Shown one piece after another: positions 32,270 through 43,749 of a DNA stretch of 64,000 nt; the stretch's first letter is position 1; every line of letters starts with the position of its first letter. The stretch lies in NCBI GenBank assembly GCA_963815195.1, contig CAWFGE010000007.1, positions 1 to 64,000 on the forward strand, written 5' to 3'. Source of the DNA: an uncultured Planctomycetaceae bacterium (GTDB taxonomy: Bacteria > Planctomycetota > Planctomycetia > Planctomycetales > Planctomycetaceae). A program made the position numbers and the translations under genes. The notes under the pieces were generated by a model that did not search any database, was not told the origin of the DNA, and saw only the letters and a program-made list of their open reading frames with translations.

Positions 32270-33022
32270 ATGTTTACTGAAAATGCTTTTCAAGACATGG
32301 GACTCGAACAACAGGCTCAAAAGTTCCACCGGCGAGCAATGTTACACACAGTCGCGGCCGGTGCGGTAGCTCTCGGGCTGGCTGGCGGCACCAGCGCCGC
32401 ACGGGCGGAGGATCACACACTAACCAAGCCCAGCGATTCGGATCTGCCTGAAGCTGACTCCTCGCTCCTCAAGGAGAAGTCGAAGTGCCCTGATTTGCTT
32501 AAAGTGTCGAAAATCCTCAAAGCACGAGTCTACCTGGGCAACTGTGAGAGATGCCCTTGCAGCGAGGACATCAATTTTATCGTCCCTTACACCGTCAGCG
32601 GCTATTTGTACGTCAATGATGCCTGTGACGAGACCGCAAAAATCTGGCCCGATCGAACAAAAGTGGCGGCAGAAGCCGTTATGACGCTGCGCCAGACCAA
32701 ATGTGAAAACCAGCTGCACCTGGTGGGATCCAACGAGGGCACCATCAAGATCTATGGAAATGCGGGAGGCATTGTGGCGGACCTCTTCGGCACCCAAGGG
32801 TTCGAAACGCACGCATCAGGCGAAAAGCGGTGCTGTGCGCCGGATCATGGCGAGGGCACTTGGAATGGGCGCGGCTACGAAAAACTTGAGGGATGCAGGC
32901 TGTGTGTGTCGTATGTCAGCCAGCTCTATAAATTGAACCCGAAAGACCCCTGCGAAATGCGATCAATTTCCATGACGGCCAGTCTGGATGGAGTGCTGAT
33001 CTGTCCCTGCGGAAAACTATAG
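32270..33022 (+). CDS. Tat-exported cysteine-rich hypothetical protein
   Basis: HRRAML..AARA signal; 13 Cys in the mature part. Confidence 0.75.
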   Translation: MFTENAFQDMGLEQQAQKFHRRAMLHTVAAGAVALGLAGGTSAARAEDHTLTKPSDSDLPEADSSLLKEKSKCPDLLKVSKILKARVYLGNCERCPCSEDINFIVPYTVSGYLYVNDACDETAKIWPDRTKVAAEAVMTLRQTKCENQLHLVGSNEGTIKIYGNAGGIVADLFGTQGFETHASGEKRCCAPDHGEGTWNGRGYEKLEGCRLCVSYVSQLYKLNPKDPCEMRSISMTASLDGVLICPCGKL

Positions 33023-33278
33023 CAGCCGGTGGAATTCAAAGTCGCGGGTTGACTTCCGGCCACAACGGACTTGCATCATGGCGTCAGTCCCTTACCCCAT
33101 ACTTTAAGGTTCCAGAAATGAAGCGGTGGATTTCGGCTGCAGTCGCGATTTTATTGACCGCCCAAGAGGCATAGCAGGAGAAATCACTCCTGAAAGCGTT
33201 TTGTGAGAGACTTTTGTAGTGGTCGGCCGTTGTGAAACCAAAACATGATGAGGATTCTTATCAGCGAAGGGGGAAAGC

Positions 33279-33995
33279 ATGGCAATCAGCGAAACTGAAA
33301 ACCTGCAACAAGATGAGGATTACTATCAGGAAGATGAACACCCCGCCCGAACAGGGCCAAGGGAAATTCCAATTTATAACTACTCTCAGCCATTTGCAAA
33401 AGACATCACACGTGGCGAAATTGCAGCTGGAGCGACCATTCTTTTCCTGTGGCTCGTCTTCTTTGGGGCGGGCTTATTCGTCCCGACTTCCGGAATGCGA
33501 GACGCACTCTGGCAAGGCGGTGCGGATTCGGTCTTAAAAACAATCGGCTATGTATTGGCTGTGGGCGCAGGTTATACCTTAACTAACGTCCTATTCCTTT
33601 CGTGCTTTACGGCATATTTGGGCGGGATGGCCCAGCGATGGCAGGTGGGAGACGGACTGGAAAAAATCCCCGAGAACACTCAATGCGTCCCACCGACCAG
33701 AATCTATATTGCCGCTTTGCTTCGCGGCTTCTTTCTCTATCTCATGTTCCTTTCGGGGTTTCTCGTTGTCTCCACAGAACAAACCGTGACTCAGACCGAG
33801 TTCTCCCAATACATCCGCATTGCAGGGATGATCTCCATCGTCGGCTTCATTGTCGGCTACGATCCAAACCTCCTCCTGCGACTGATGCAAAGAATTCTCA
33901 GTATCGCCAGCTTGCCTCCCACAAGGGAGAAGACTGCCACGACAACCAATTCCGCAGAACGCCATTCCCCTCAAAATCCTGCGCCAAAGGGGTAA
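33279..33995 (+). CDS. Four-TM membrane protein of unknown function
   Basis: Four hydrophobic stretches; GFIVGYDP; RBS AAGGGGG. Confidence 0.75.
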   Translation: MAISETENLQQDEDYYQEDEHPARTGPREIPIYNYSQPFAKDITRGEIAAGATILFLWLVFFGAGLFVPTSGMRDALWQGGADSVLKTIGYVLAVGAGYTLTNVLFLSCFTAYLGGMAQRWQVGDGLEKIPENTQCVPPTRIYIAALLRGFFLYLMFLSGFLVVSTEQTVTQTEFSQYIRIAGMISIVGFIVGYDPNLLLRLMQRILSIASLPPTREKTATTTNSAERHSPQNPAPKG

Positions 33996-34065
33996 AGCCG
34001 GGCGTCTATGGAGATTTGCGATTTGTGGAACTCGTTCCAATTCTTCGGCCGAAAGGCGGGATACC

Positions 34066-35512
34066 GTGTACCGAATCAGCTTTCAAAGAACGCTCATCCT
34101 TATCATCTTGTTGCTGGCTCCGGCTCGGTCGGCCTTTCCTCAAGGCGGCTACAACGACGATCGTGTCATGATCCAGGGGTTTCAGTGGGAATCCCACCAG
34201 GATGGGAAGTACACCGCTCCGGGAGGAACCGAATACGAAGTGCACTGGACGGGACGGTGGTACGACCATGTCCGGGATCAGGTCGAGCAGCTTTCGGCGG
34301 CCAAGTTTGACCTGATCTGGCTGCCACCGCCCTCCCAAGGGGAAGGTGCCGGATATCATCCTCAGCAGTTAAACAGTTTCAGCAACAATTACGGGACGGA
34401 AGAGCAACATCGGAAACTGCTGCGAGCTTTGCTCGAAAAGGGCATTGAACCGGTCGCCGACGTGGTCATCAACCATCGCACGGGGACGGGCGGTCTGGGC
34501 GACGTTTAAGAACCCGGAATGGCCGTCGCGTTTTATTTGTTCGACGGATGAGTTCTGGTTCCAGGATTCCAGCCAAGTGACAGAAGCAGATCGGGCGATC
34601 TTGAAGAAGGGCGAGAAAGGAAGCCCGGATTTTCAATTCTCGAACTACCCCAACTGGCCGGGGGCAAGGGATCTCGACCACAGCAATCCGGATCTCCGGG
34701 CCGAGATCAAGAAGTACCTCAAACGGCTTCGGGACTTCGGCTACCGCGGTTGGCGTTACGACATGGTGAAAGGCTTCGCTCCCGGTTATGTCGCGGAATA
34801 TGACTACGATTCTCAGCCGACATTCGCGGTGGGCGAGTTTTGGGACAACAACCCTTATGTGCTGACCCAGTGGGTGGATGGAACAAAAATGTATGGTCAG
34901 CCGGATCCTGCGGAACGGGCCTGTTCGGCGTTCGATTTCGCGACCTACGAACTGTTGAGGGATTTCATCAACGCGGGAAAGTACAACCATCTCCCGGCGG
35001 TTCATTTCAAAGACGGCGTTTATGACGGCCTCATTGCCGTCAACAAGGACAAAGCGGTGACGTTCCTGGAAAACCACGACACGGGATTTCCGCAGAAGCA
35101 GTTCGACTCGTTTCCGAACAACGAGAAACTCCTGCAAGGCTATGCGTACATTCTCACGCACCCCGGCTTGCCGTGCGTTTACTGGAAGCATTACTTCGAG
35201 TGGGGCCGCGACGAGGAAATCCAAGCCTTGGTTCGCGCCCGAAAGTATGCCGGAGTCCACAGTGGGAGCTACATCAAATCGGAGGTGCACGGTAGCGACT
35301 ACGTGGCCATTGTCGGTGACAAACCCGCCGAGAGCAGCACGCTCATCGTCAAGATCGGCCCTGGTTTGGAATTCAAACCCGACGAAAACGTTTGGGGCCT
35401 GGAAACATCGGGAACGGGATACGCCGTCTGGGTGCGAAAGTCCAAAAAGGCGGAGACAAAAGCTGACGTCGAGAGTTCGAAATCTCCTCTACGTATGCCA
35501 GGCGAAAGCTGA
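34066..35512 (+). CDS. Secreted GH13 alpha-amylase, plant/bacterial AmyA type (frameshift near 34490)
   Basis: MIQGFQWES; WLPPPS; DVVINHR; GWRYDMVKG; VGEFWD; FLENHDT; YILTHPG. Confidence 0.92.
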
Positions 35513-35607
35513 AACGGTAGATCCCAGAGAACTGCCGAATTCATTGCCTGTGTTTTTGCTGATTGCTGGCTGTTACCGATTAAAAATTAAAACACGAAGG
35601 GACTAGC

Positions 35608-35865
35608 ATGCCGATTCGAACGTGCACAAACCATCTTGCAGAGTTCCAGCAGGCGCTATGCGGTGATTGGTGTAACTTGCCATTCGGAGAAATTGACGGT
35701 AAATCGGTCGGCGGCGAGGATAACCCCCTGTCCTACAACATCATGCCATTGCCCGAAGCCGCCGATCTCGAATGTCTGGGCCGAGTGGAGTTTGTCGGCA
35801 ACGTAAAGCATCGCAAAAACCTCACTGCCATTAGTGCCATTCTTCTTTTCTGGGAACAAATCTAG
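35608..35865 (+). CDS. Small hypothetical protein or gene remnant
   Basis: 85-aa ORF with GAAGGGA upstream; no recognised motif. Confidence 0.3.
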   Translation: MPIRTCTNHLAEFQQALCGDWCNLPFGEIDGKSVGGEDNPLSYNIMPLPEAADLECLGRVEFVGNVKHRKNLTAISAILLFWEQI

Positions 35866-36343
35866 CTTTTCAAGAAGAAACTCACACGACGGCTCTTCGG
35901 AGTATCCATAAAGAAATAAAGATGGGACGTTTGGAACTGGCGCACTCCCGTGTGATCCCATCGGTGCCGGCGCGGCTAATGAGGCGATCCGACTGACTAG
36001 AAGCATCAACGCCGGTAAAACGAAAACGATTGTGGACACGGAGAATAAGATTCGCCTTGGCAATAGGGGGACCAGGCCATGCTGGTGAATCCCCAAAACA
36101 AGGTCGTGGATCGCGTGTCTAATACTCGCAGTCAGGTTAGGCGCGGTGTGTTTATTGCGTTTTGACACTTCTGACCATCGAGACGTGCATTATTGGTGCG
36201 GTCCCATCACGGGATTCTCGATCCTGATGGCGTAGAAATAGATGGGCCTGATAAGTGATTTTTCACAGTCACGTGTTTCCCTGGCCAGTTCAGGTTAGCT
36301 GAATCGTTCTCCGGTAATCCCTCAAACAGAAAGCGAGTTGCCC

Positions 36344-37859
36344 ATGTCGATTCCATTCAGCGGTAAGGAATTCACATTTACCCAACCCGACGGCACAGCC
36401 CTCCGAGTCCGGGGCTGGGGCGATCAGTACCACGCGGTCTTCGAAACCCTCAATGGCTATACGGTCGTCGAAGATCCGGCCACTGGCTTCTACCAGTACG
36501 CGGACGTCAGCGCAGACGGGGACGATCTGATCCCTACAGGAGCGCGGCCGCGGCTCGTGAACCCCCAGAATTTAGGCCTAAAACCTGGAAACCGTGTGTC
36601 GCGAGCGGCGGCCAAGGCCAAGGCGGTGGAACGCCCAGGCCTGCCGCGCGGCAACTCCCGGTGGGAGCAACGACGTCGGCAATTCAAGCAGATACTACGA
36701 GAGCGCAGCGGCCGCTCCCGGCGTAGTGCCCGCCCCACCTCACCGCGAGACTGTCGGCGACTTCGTGGGTCTCTGCCTTCTGGTGGAGTTCCCTGATGTC
36801 CCCGGAAGCATCACCCGCGACGAGGTAGATGACTTTTGCAATAAGGCCGGCTACACGAGTTTTGGAAACAACGGTTCGGTGTATGACTACTTTTTGGAAA
36901 CCACCGGCGGCCGGCTCAAGTACAAGAACATCGTGGCGCCATACTACATGGCCCAACACCCCCGGAGTTACTACACGAACGAGGCCATCGCTCAGCCGAT
37001 CCGGGCGCGGCAGTTGATTAAAGAGGCTTTGGACTACCACCGCGCCCACGGCTTTGACTTCACCGGCCTGACGACCGACGACCAGGAGTACGTCTATGCG
37101 GCAAACGTATTTTATGCAGGGACGCGGGTGAACAACTGGGCGAAAGGACTTTGGCCCCACTCCTATCACCTCCAGACGCCGTACACACTCGCCCCGGGGA
37201 AGAATGCCTTCGATTATCAAATCACCGACATGAGCAGCGAGTTATCGCTGGGGACGTTTTGCCATGAGAACGGCCACATGATTTGCGACTTCCCCGACCT
37301 TTACGACTACGGATACGAATCGGCCGGGATCGGCGTGTACTGCCTCATGTGTGCCGGGCCGAATGCCGACGAAAAAAATCCGCCTCATGTCGGCGCTTAC
37401 CTCAAGTACAAAGCTGGGTGGGCGCAGTCGCTGACGAAGATCACCGCCGGATTGGCCGGAACCGCGGAGGCCGGATCGAATAAGTTCTTCATACACCGCG
37501 CGGGGCCGACCGAGTACTTCATCATTGAGAACCGTTTCAAGCAGGGACGCGACCAGATTCTGCCGTGTTCCGGCTTGGCTATCTGGCATGTCGACGAGTT
37601 GGGCGACAACCAGAATGAACAGATGACTGCGGTCCTTCACTATGAGTGCTCGCTGGTGCAGGCCGATGGTCGTCACGACCTAGAAGATGATCCGCACAAC
37701 CTCGGCGATGCCACCGACCTTTTTGCACAAGGCGTCAACGCCCATTTCGGCAAATCAACGAATCCCAATAGCAAATGGTGGGATGGATCCGATTCCGGTT
37801 TGGACATTAGCGTCATCGGGCCAGCCGGCCCGCAAATGACGTTCACGGGCAATGCCTGA
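36344..37859 (+). CDS. M6 family metalloprotease (immune inhibitor A-like; frameshift near 36700)
   Basis: FTQPDG..GWGDQY propeptide; GSVYDYF; CHENGHMICDFPDLYDY; YCLM; YFIIENR; GLAIWHVDE. Confidence 0.9.
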
Positions 37860-37979
37860 TTGCGATGGCCAATGGCTTTGGGCGTTAAGGTTCGTTCGCT
37901 GGGTGGGTGTTTTCGCGATTTCTCCACTTCATTCTGCAGCATTTAGATGACCTGGTAAAATCTTCCAGGGATTCACCAC

Positions 37980-38890
37980 TTGCCCCAATCCATCCACAGG
38001 GACTGACCCGCGAACACATTTGCAAGCACTTGCCGACTTGGATACCGGCGCGAACCATCCGTTCGGCCAGCCCACCGGCTACGAATTGGTACACGACGGA
38101 AAGCGTTACGCCCCAAAGGCCGTGATCGGTTTGGCCTGCTGGGGCGGATTTTGGAACCGCAGGAATTTCGCGGCGGTGAGGCCCCGGGCAGGCGAATTAC
38201 GTGCTGCGACATTTGGGATTCGCCGTCGTCCCCAAAGGCGAACAGCCAGACGACGAAGGCCAGGAATCGCGGCAACCCTGGTCCGAAGCCGAGGTCAATC
38301 TGCTGGTTGCGGATTACTTCGACATGCTGCGGGCCGAATTCTTGGGCCAATCCTACAATAAGGCCCAGCACCGAAGGACGCCGAGTCCCCAGCTAAATGG
38401 CCGATCGGACGGTTCCATTGAATTCAAGCACCAAAACGTGAGTGCGGTGCTGGTCGATCGCGGGCTGCCCTATATTGAAGGCTACAAACCGCGGAGCAAC
38501 GACCAGGGCCTTCTGGTCCAGGCCGTGGACGCGTACCTGGAAAATCATCCCGATTTTTCTTGACCAAATTGCCAACAGCCCAACGATCGATCCACCCGGC
38601 GTCCCCAAAATCATCAGCCCAAACCCTGACCAGATCATCGAACCGCCGCCCGAGCAGATTATCGCCCCGCAATTCGACGGCAAACCGTTGCTGTCCCGAC
38701 GTGGTCGGCGGATCGATTTCGCCCAACGGGATGCCGCGAACCGGAGGCTTGGGAAAATGGGTGAGGAATTTGTCGTGCACCTGGAACGCCATCGCCTGCA
38801 GGCAATCGGCCGGGACGATCTGGCCCTGCGGGTCGAATGGGTCGCCCAGACCATTGGCGATGGGCTGGGCTTCGACATATTGTCTTTCAA
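37980..38890 (+). pseudogene. Putative restriction nuclease (McrA-like N-terminal head + DUF3883), truncated by the CRISPR array
   Basis: DGKRYAPKAVIGLA; WSEAEV..YFDML..SIEFKHQNVSAVL; LGKMGEEFV..GDGLGFDILSF, then repeat sequence in place of the expected EVK motif. Confidence 0.8.
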
Positions 38891-39265
38891 CGGGGCCGCG
38901 GTCATTCAACCGCGGAAACGCCATCTGTTGGCCGGCCGCAACACGCCAACCCTCTCCGCTTCAATGGGGCCGCGGTCATTCAACCGCGGAAACGGTACCT
39001 ATGGTCTCGTACCCTTGGACGCTACCGGAGTAGCTTCAATGGGGCCGCGGTCATTCAACCGCGGAAACTGCCTAACGAACAAATCCCAGGAGTCCAGACA
39101 CGCGCTTCAATGGGGCCGCGGTCATTCAACCGCGGAAACCCGGATACTCATAGTCAAAAGCAAGCTCCTGCTCGGTCGCTTCAATGGGGCCGCGGTCATT
39201 CAACCGCGGAAACAAGGAACTGTTGAAATGCCTCCGACGCAAACCGCGGCTTCAATGGGGCCGCG
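38884..39265 (-). CRISPR. Orphan CRISPR array with a type I-G(I-U)-like repeat: 5 full repeats, 1 half repeat, 5 spacers
   Basis: GCTTCAATGGGGCCGCGGTCATTCAACCGCGGAAAC (36 bp) starts at 38884 (3 mismatches), 38958, 39033, 39104, 39178 and 39249 (17 bp only). Spacers 38, 39, 35, 38, 35 bp. The minus strand ends in ATTGAAGC. Confidence 0.97.
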
Positions 39266-39390
39266 TGGAGATCGGCGTGCAATTGGGACCCACTTCGGGG
39301 GCAGGATCGGCGCGGAAAATGGACCCACCGTAGAAAACTTCGCATGCTACAGGATTGGAGGAGTCTGGTCCTGTTTCAGCGGAGGAGAGG

Positions 39391-40920
39391 ATGCTCACGG
39401 TGGACGATTATGCACGGATTCGTTGGGCTTATCGCGATGGCATGAGCCTCAGGGAAATTGAGAGAACATTTCATCACTCGCGAAAAAAGATTCGTGAGGT
39501 CTTGCGAGGCGCGGGCGAGCCGACGCCTTACGGCGGCAGCAAGCGGCTCCCCAATTGGGACGGTTTCACGATCGCATCCTGGAGATTCTCAAAGAGGATG
39601 AATCCGCGCCGCCCAAGCAGCGGCATACGCGGATGCGGATCTTCGAGCGGATCCGGGACGAAGACGGATACACGGGCGGCTATGATGCCGTGCGGCGGTT
39701 CGTGAACCGGCATCGGAAAAACCATGCTGAGACGTTCATCCCGTTGGATCATCGGCCCGGCCAGCGAATCGAAGCCGACTTTGGCGAGATTTCGGTGGAC
39801 TTCCCCGACGGTCGCCGGAAGGTCAACGTGCTGATCCTGGTCTGGTCGTACTCCAACCTTCCGTTCGCGGTGGCGCTGCCGACGCAGCGAACCGAAGCGA
39901 TCTTGGAGGGCATGACGCAGGCGTTTGATTTTTTCGGGTGTGTGCCGGAAGAAGTCTGGTGGGACAATCCGAAGACGGTGGCCGAGACGCTGTTGGCGGG
40001 GCGGTCGCGGAAGATCAACCCACGTTATCAAGCGCTCGCCAGTCACTATGTTTTCGATCCGCTGTTCTGCATGCCTGCGCGGGGCAATGAAAAGCCGGTG
40101 GTGGAAAACCGCGTGAAGACGTTGGAGCGGAAATGGTCCACGCCCGTGCCTCGGGTGAAGGATATGGAAGAGTTCAATGCTTATCTTCGCGAGTGCTGTT
40201 TGAAGGAACACGATCGCTGCAGCAGCGGCCAGACGCAAACGATTGGGGAGCGCTTTGCGGAGGAAAAACAGCGATCCGCTCCGCTTCCGGGGCCGCGGTT
40301 TGATCCCTGCATCCGGCAATCGGCGAAGGTCAACAAGTATCAGTTCGCGCGGTTCGACAACGTGAACTACAGCGTGCCTCGCCACGCCGCGTTTCAAACG
40401 GTGACGGTCAAAGGCTATGTGGATCGCGTCGAGATTGTGCTGAACGAAACCGTCATCGCCGTCCATAAACGGAGCTATCAGGCGGGCGAGGATGTGCTGG
40501 ATCCTTTGCACTATTTGACCACATTAACGCGTCGCCCGGCGGCTTTGGATCATGCGAACGTGTATCGCGATTGGAAGCTGCCCGCCGTGTTCGGCGAACT
40601 CCGCGAGCGTTTGGAAAGGCGGCACGGTCCCCACGCGGGCGTGCGGCAATTCGTGCGGGTGCTGCAGTTGCTGGCCGAGCATCCGCTCTCGCGCGTGCAG
40701 GCGGCGATCGAGCAACTTCGCGGCCCCGAAGGAGCCGATGCCGATCGCATCATTCGCCGCGTGGAAGCCTCCGCCCTCCGCCTGTCGGAAACATCGTCCG
40801 AGGGCATTTCCACTCCGATCGAGTGCGAACACCCCGGCGTGTTGTCGGTTCAAGTTCCCTGTCCGAGCTTGAGCCATTTTGACCAGTTCCTGTCCTCCTT
40901 CCAAGGAGATTCCGATTATG
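39391..40920 (+). CDS. istA: IS21 transposase (frameshift near 39540; end approximate, frame stays open to 41387)
   Basis: GMSLREIERTF HTH; PGQRIEADFG; WWDNPKT; RGNEKPVVENRV; NYSVP. Confidence 0.92.
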
Positions 40921-41276
40921 TCCCCGAACCCGAAACACGATGCCAACCAGATGCTCCTCAAGGCCAACCTCAAGCAACTCCGGCTGCCGACAATCCTGGC
41001 CGAGTACGAGAAGTTGGCCCGCGAAGCGAGTGCCTCGAACCAGACCTTCGAGCAGTACCTGCTCCGGTTGACCGAACTGGAGGTCGCGGCCCGGCAGACC
41101 AATGCCTTGAACAGCCGGATCCGCAATGCGAACTTTCCGGTGGAGAAGGGACTGGAGGATTACGACTTCCAAGCGGTGCCCGGCCTCCACAAACAAACGA
41201 TTTTGGAGTTGGCCCGCGGGGAGTGGATTGCCCAGCATTTCAATGTGTGTTTTCTCGGCCAACCGGGGACGGGAAA

Positions 41277-41677
41277 GGTCCGACCATCACAAGACACCTC
41301 TGGTCACTCAGTTATCGCGCGGTGAGATCACCGTCATCGATCCGGCCCATCCGCTTTATGGCCGAACATTTGATTTGTTCGGCTTAGCCCGCCTGCCAGG
41401 TTATCGTCAGTATTATCAAGTCGAGATTTTTCCTGACGAGATGACCTACATCGACGTCAGCAGCACGAACCTTTCCACCGCTCCTCCCCAAAAAACTTCC
41501 TGTCTGACCCTGGACGCGCTCCAGGATTTGGTGACTACCTTTCGGGATATTCTTTCTCGGAGGGAAGCCGATGTCACCCATTGCCACGGACCAGGTGTGG
41601 AACCGTCTGACTCTTCCAGAGCAGCAGCGGATCATCCAGCAAATCGTCGTCATTCTAACGGAGGAACTGGAGCATGA
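41277..41677 (+). CDS. Element ORF A; no ATG ahead of its protein-like N-terminal region in the integrated state
   Basis: SDHHKTPL..ITVIDPAHPLYGRTF..YIDVSSTNL..LTLDALQDLV. Stop overlaps the recombinase ATG (ATGA). Confidence 0.7.
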
Positions 41678-41855
41678 ACGGATCGATGAAAGTCAGCACC
41701 AGCCATTTGAATCGCCGCGGGATCGTATATCTTCGTCAGAGCACGACGAAGCAGGTCGAGAAAAACCAAGAGAGTGCCCACAACCAGCGAGCCTTGAAAA
41801 CCCGGTTGTTGGAGTTGGGGTGGAAGCCGGAACAAGTCAGCATCCTGGAGGATGA
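41571..41855 (+). CDS. Element ORF B, small helical protein overlapping ORF A and the recombinase
   Basis: RBS GGAGGG; MSPIATDQVWNRLTLPEQQRIIQQIVVILTEE. Confidence 0.55.
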   Translation: MSPIATDQVWNRLTLPEQQRIIQQIVVILTEELEHERIDESQHQPFESPRDRISSSEHDEAGREKPRECPQPASLENPVVGVGVEAGTSQHPGG

Positions 41856-43749
41856 TCAAGGGCAATCGGCCACGCAAACGGCGGGACGCGGGGCCTTTCA
41901 ACAGATGGTCGCCGACGTCGGCTTGGGTAAGGTCGGCATCATTCTGGGCTATGAAGTTTCACGGCTTTCCCGCAACGATGTGGATTGGCATCGACTGTTG
42001 GAATTGTGTGCGATCTTTGACACACTCATCGGTGATGTGGATGGGTTGTATCATCCACGGGATTTCAACGACAGGCTCCTCTTAGGCTTGAAGGGCACGA
42101 TGTCTTCGGCAGACTCCATAGCCTCCGATTGCGATTGGACGCGGGTCGATTGTCGAAGGCCGCGCGGGGCGAGTTGGTGCAAAACTTGCCGACGGGCTTG
42201 GTCCGCAATCTGGACAAGACGGTGATGCTCGATCCCGATCTGAGCATTCAAAAGCGATTGCATTTGGTGTTCGACAAGTTCGTGGAGTTGGGCACGATTC
42301 AAAAAGTCTTGACGTTCCTGGCCAAGAAAAATTTGAAGATTCCCCGGCGCCAAGTTTCGGGCCTTTATGCGGGCGAAGTGTTTTGGAGAGAAGCCACGGC
42401 CGCTTCGTTGGGCTCGATCCTGCATAACCCGGCTTATGCAGGCGCGTTTGCTCATGGGCGTCGGCAAGTCGATCCCACGCTACGAATTCCCGGTCGTCCT
42501 GCCACGGGTCGCACGCGCCGGCCCCAAGCGGAATGGTCGGTCTTAATTCCCGGCATCTACCCGGCCTATATCAGTTGGGAGCAGTACGAAGACAACCAAC
42601 GCCGAATCGCTCAAAACAACCTCCGCATCCAACAACGACTCGCCGCCAAGCAAGCCATCCGCAACGGCTGCGCGTTGTTAACGGGCTTATTGCGCTGCGG
42701 AAAATGCGGTCGAACGATGGGAGTGAATTACAAGGAGAACCGCTTTCAATACTCATGCAATTCTGGCTATCGGCATTACGCCCAACGATCCTGCCAGTAC
42801 TTGGGCGGCAACAAGATCGACGAGGCGGTGACGGAAGCTTTCTTTGAAGTGCTGCGGCCTGCCGAGATCGATGTGTTGGAGAAACTCTCCGCCGAAAGGG
42901 CTCGCACGCATGCGGACGTGGTTCGGCATTTGGAGCAAGACGTCGGGCGACTTGCAATACGCCGCCCATCGGGCCGAGCAACAATACGACTGTGTCGATC
43001 CCAAGAACCGTTTGATTGCGGCCAGTCTGGAAGAGAAATGGGAATCGGCTTTGTTGGCGCAAAAGCAAGCCGAAGAAAACCTGGCGGATGCCCGCCGAGA
43101 AATTCCCCAACCGATCCGCGTACCGAAGTCCTTGCGAGACGCCTTCGCGGATGTCGGGCGGCAGCTTCCCGAACTCTGGCCCGAGTTGTCTTGGGAGGCG
43201 AAGAAGTCGTTGTTGCGGACGATGATTACGGGAGTCAATCTTCACCGGCAATCGGATGGGCTGGTGCAAATTCGCATGGTCTGGGCCGGCGGTTCGGTGA
43301 CCGAAACGTCGGCTCTCCTACGGCGTTTTTCAATGAAACACACGGACTTGGAAGAGCACATCGTGGAACGCATCCGGCAAGAAACCAGCGAAGGCCGGTC
43401 GAGTGAAATGATCGCGGCGGATCTCAATCGCGAAGGCCATCATCCCTGTCGTGGCGAACAATTCACCTCGCAAATCGTGAACAAGTTAAGACATCGCTAC
43501 CGGATCAAAAGCCCGCGTGCAAAGAACCTGCCCCATGCCTGGACCGCCGCGGAAATGGCTCAGGAAATCGGGCACAACATATCCTGGATGTATCATAAAA
43601 TTGAGCAAAGACAGATCGTGGTTTCTGTCGATCCAACTTATCGGTGCTATCTGTTTCCCAAAACTGAGGAGGTTAAAGACGCCATGCTAAAACTCAAAAA
43701 TCACGAAACCGAGCAAATCACTATCCCAAGGGGGCACAACAATGGCTGA
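41674..43749 (+). CDS. Large serine recombinase (2 frameshifts)
   Basis: IVYLRQST catalytic Ser; EVSRLSRN; RLLLGLKGTMS; ILHNPAYAG; zinc ribbon LLRCGKCGRTM..YSC..SCQ; coiled coil VDPKNRLIA..LEEKWE. Confidence 0.93.

Noticed and set aside
38920..39248. Self-targeting spacers
   Set aside because: By eye only short chance matches (about 11 nt) within the window; a proper search was not possible.
39555..41387. 610-aa IstA with a novel C-terminal domain
   Set aside because: The tail is an off-frame read of istB and the inserted element; likely a missing stop or an indel.
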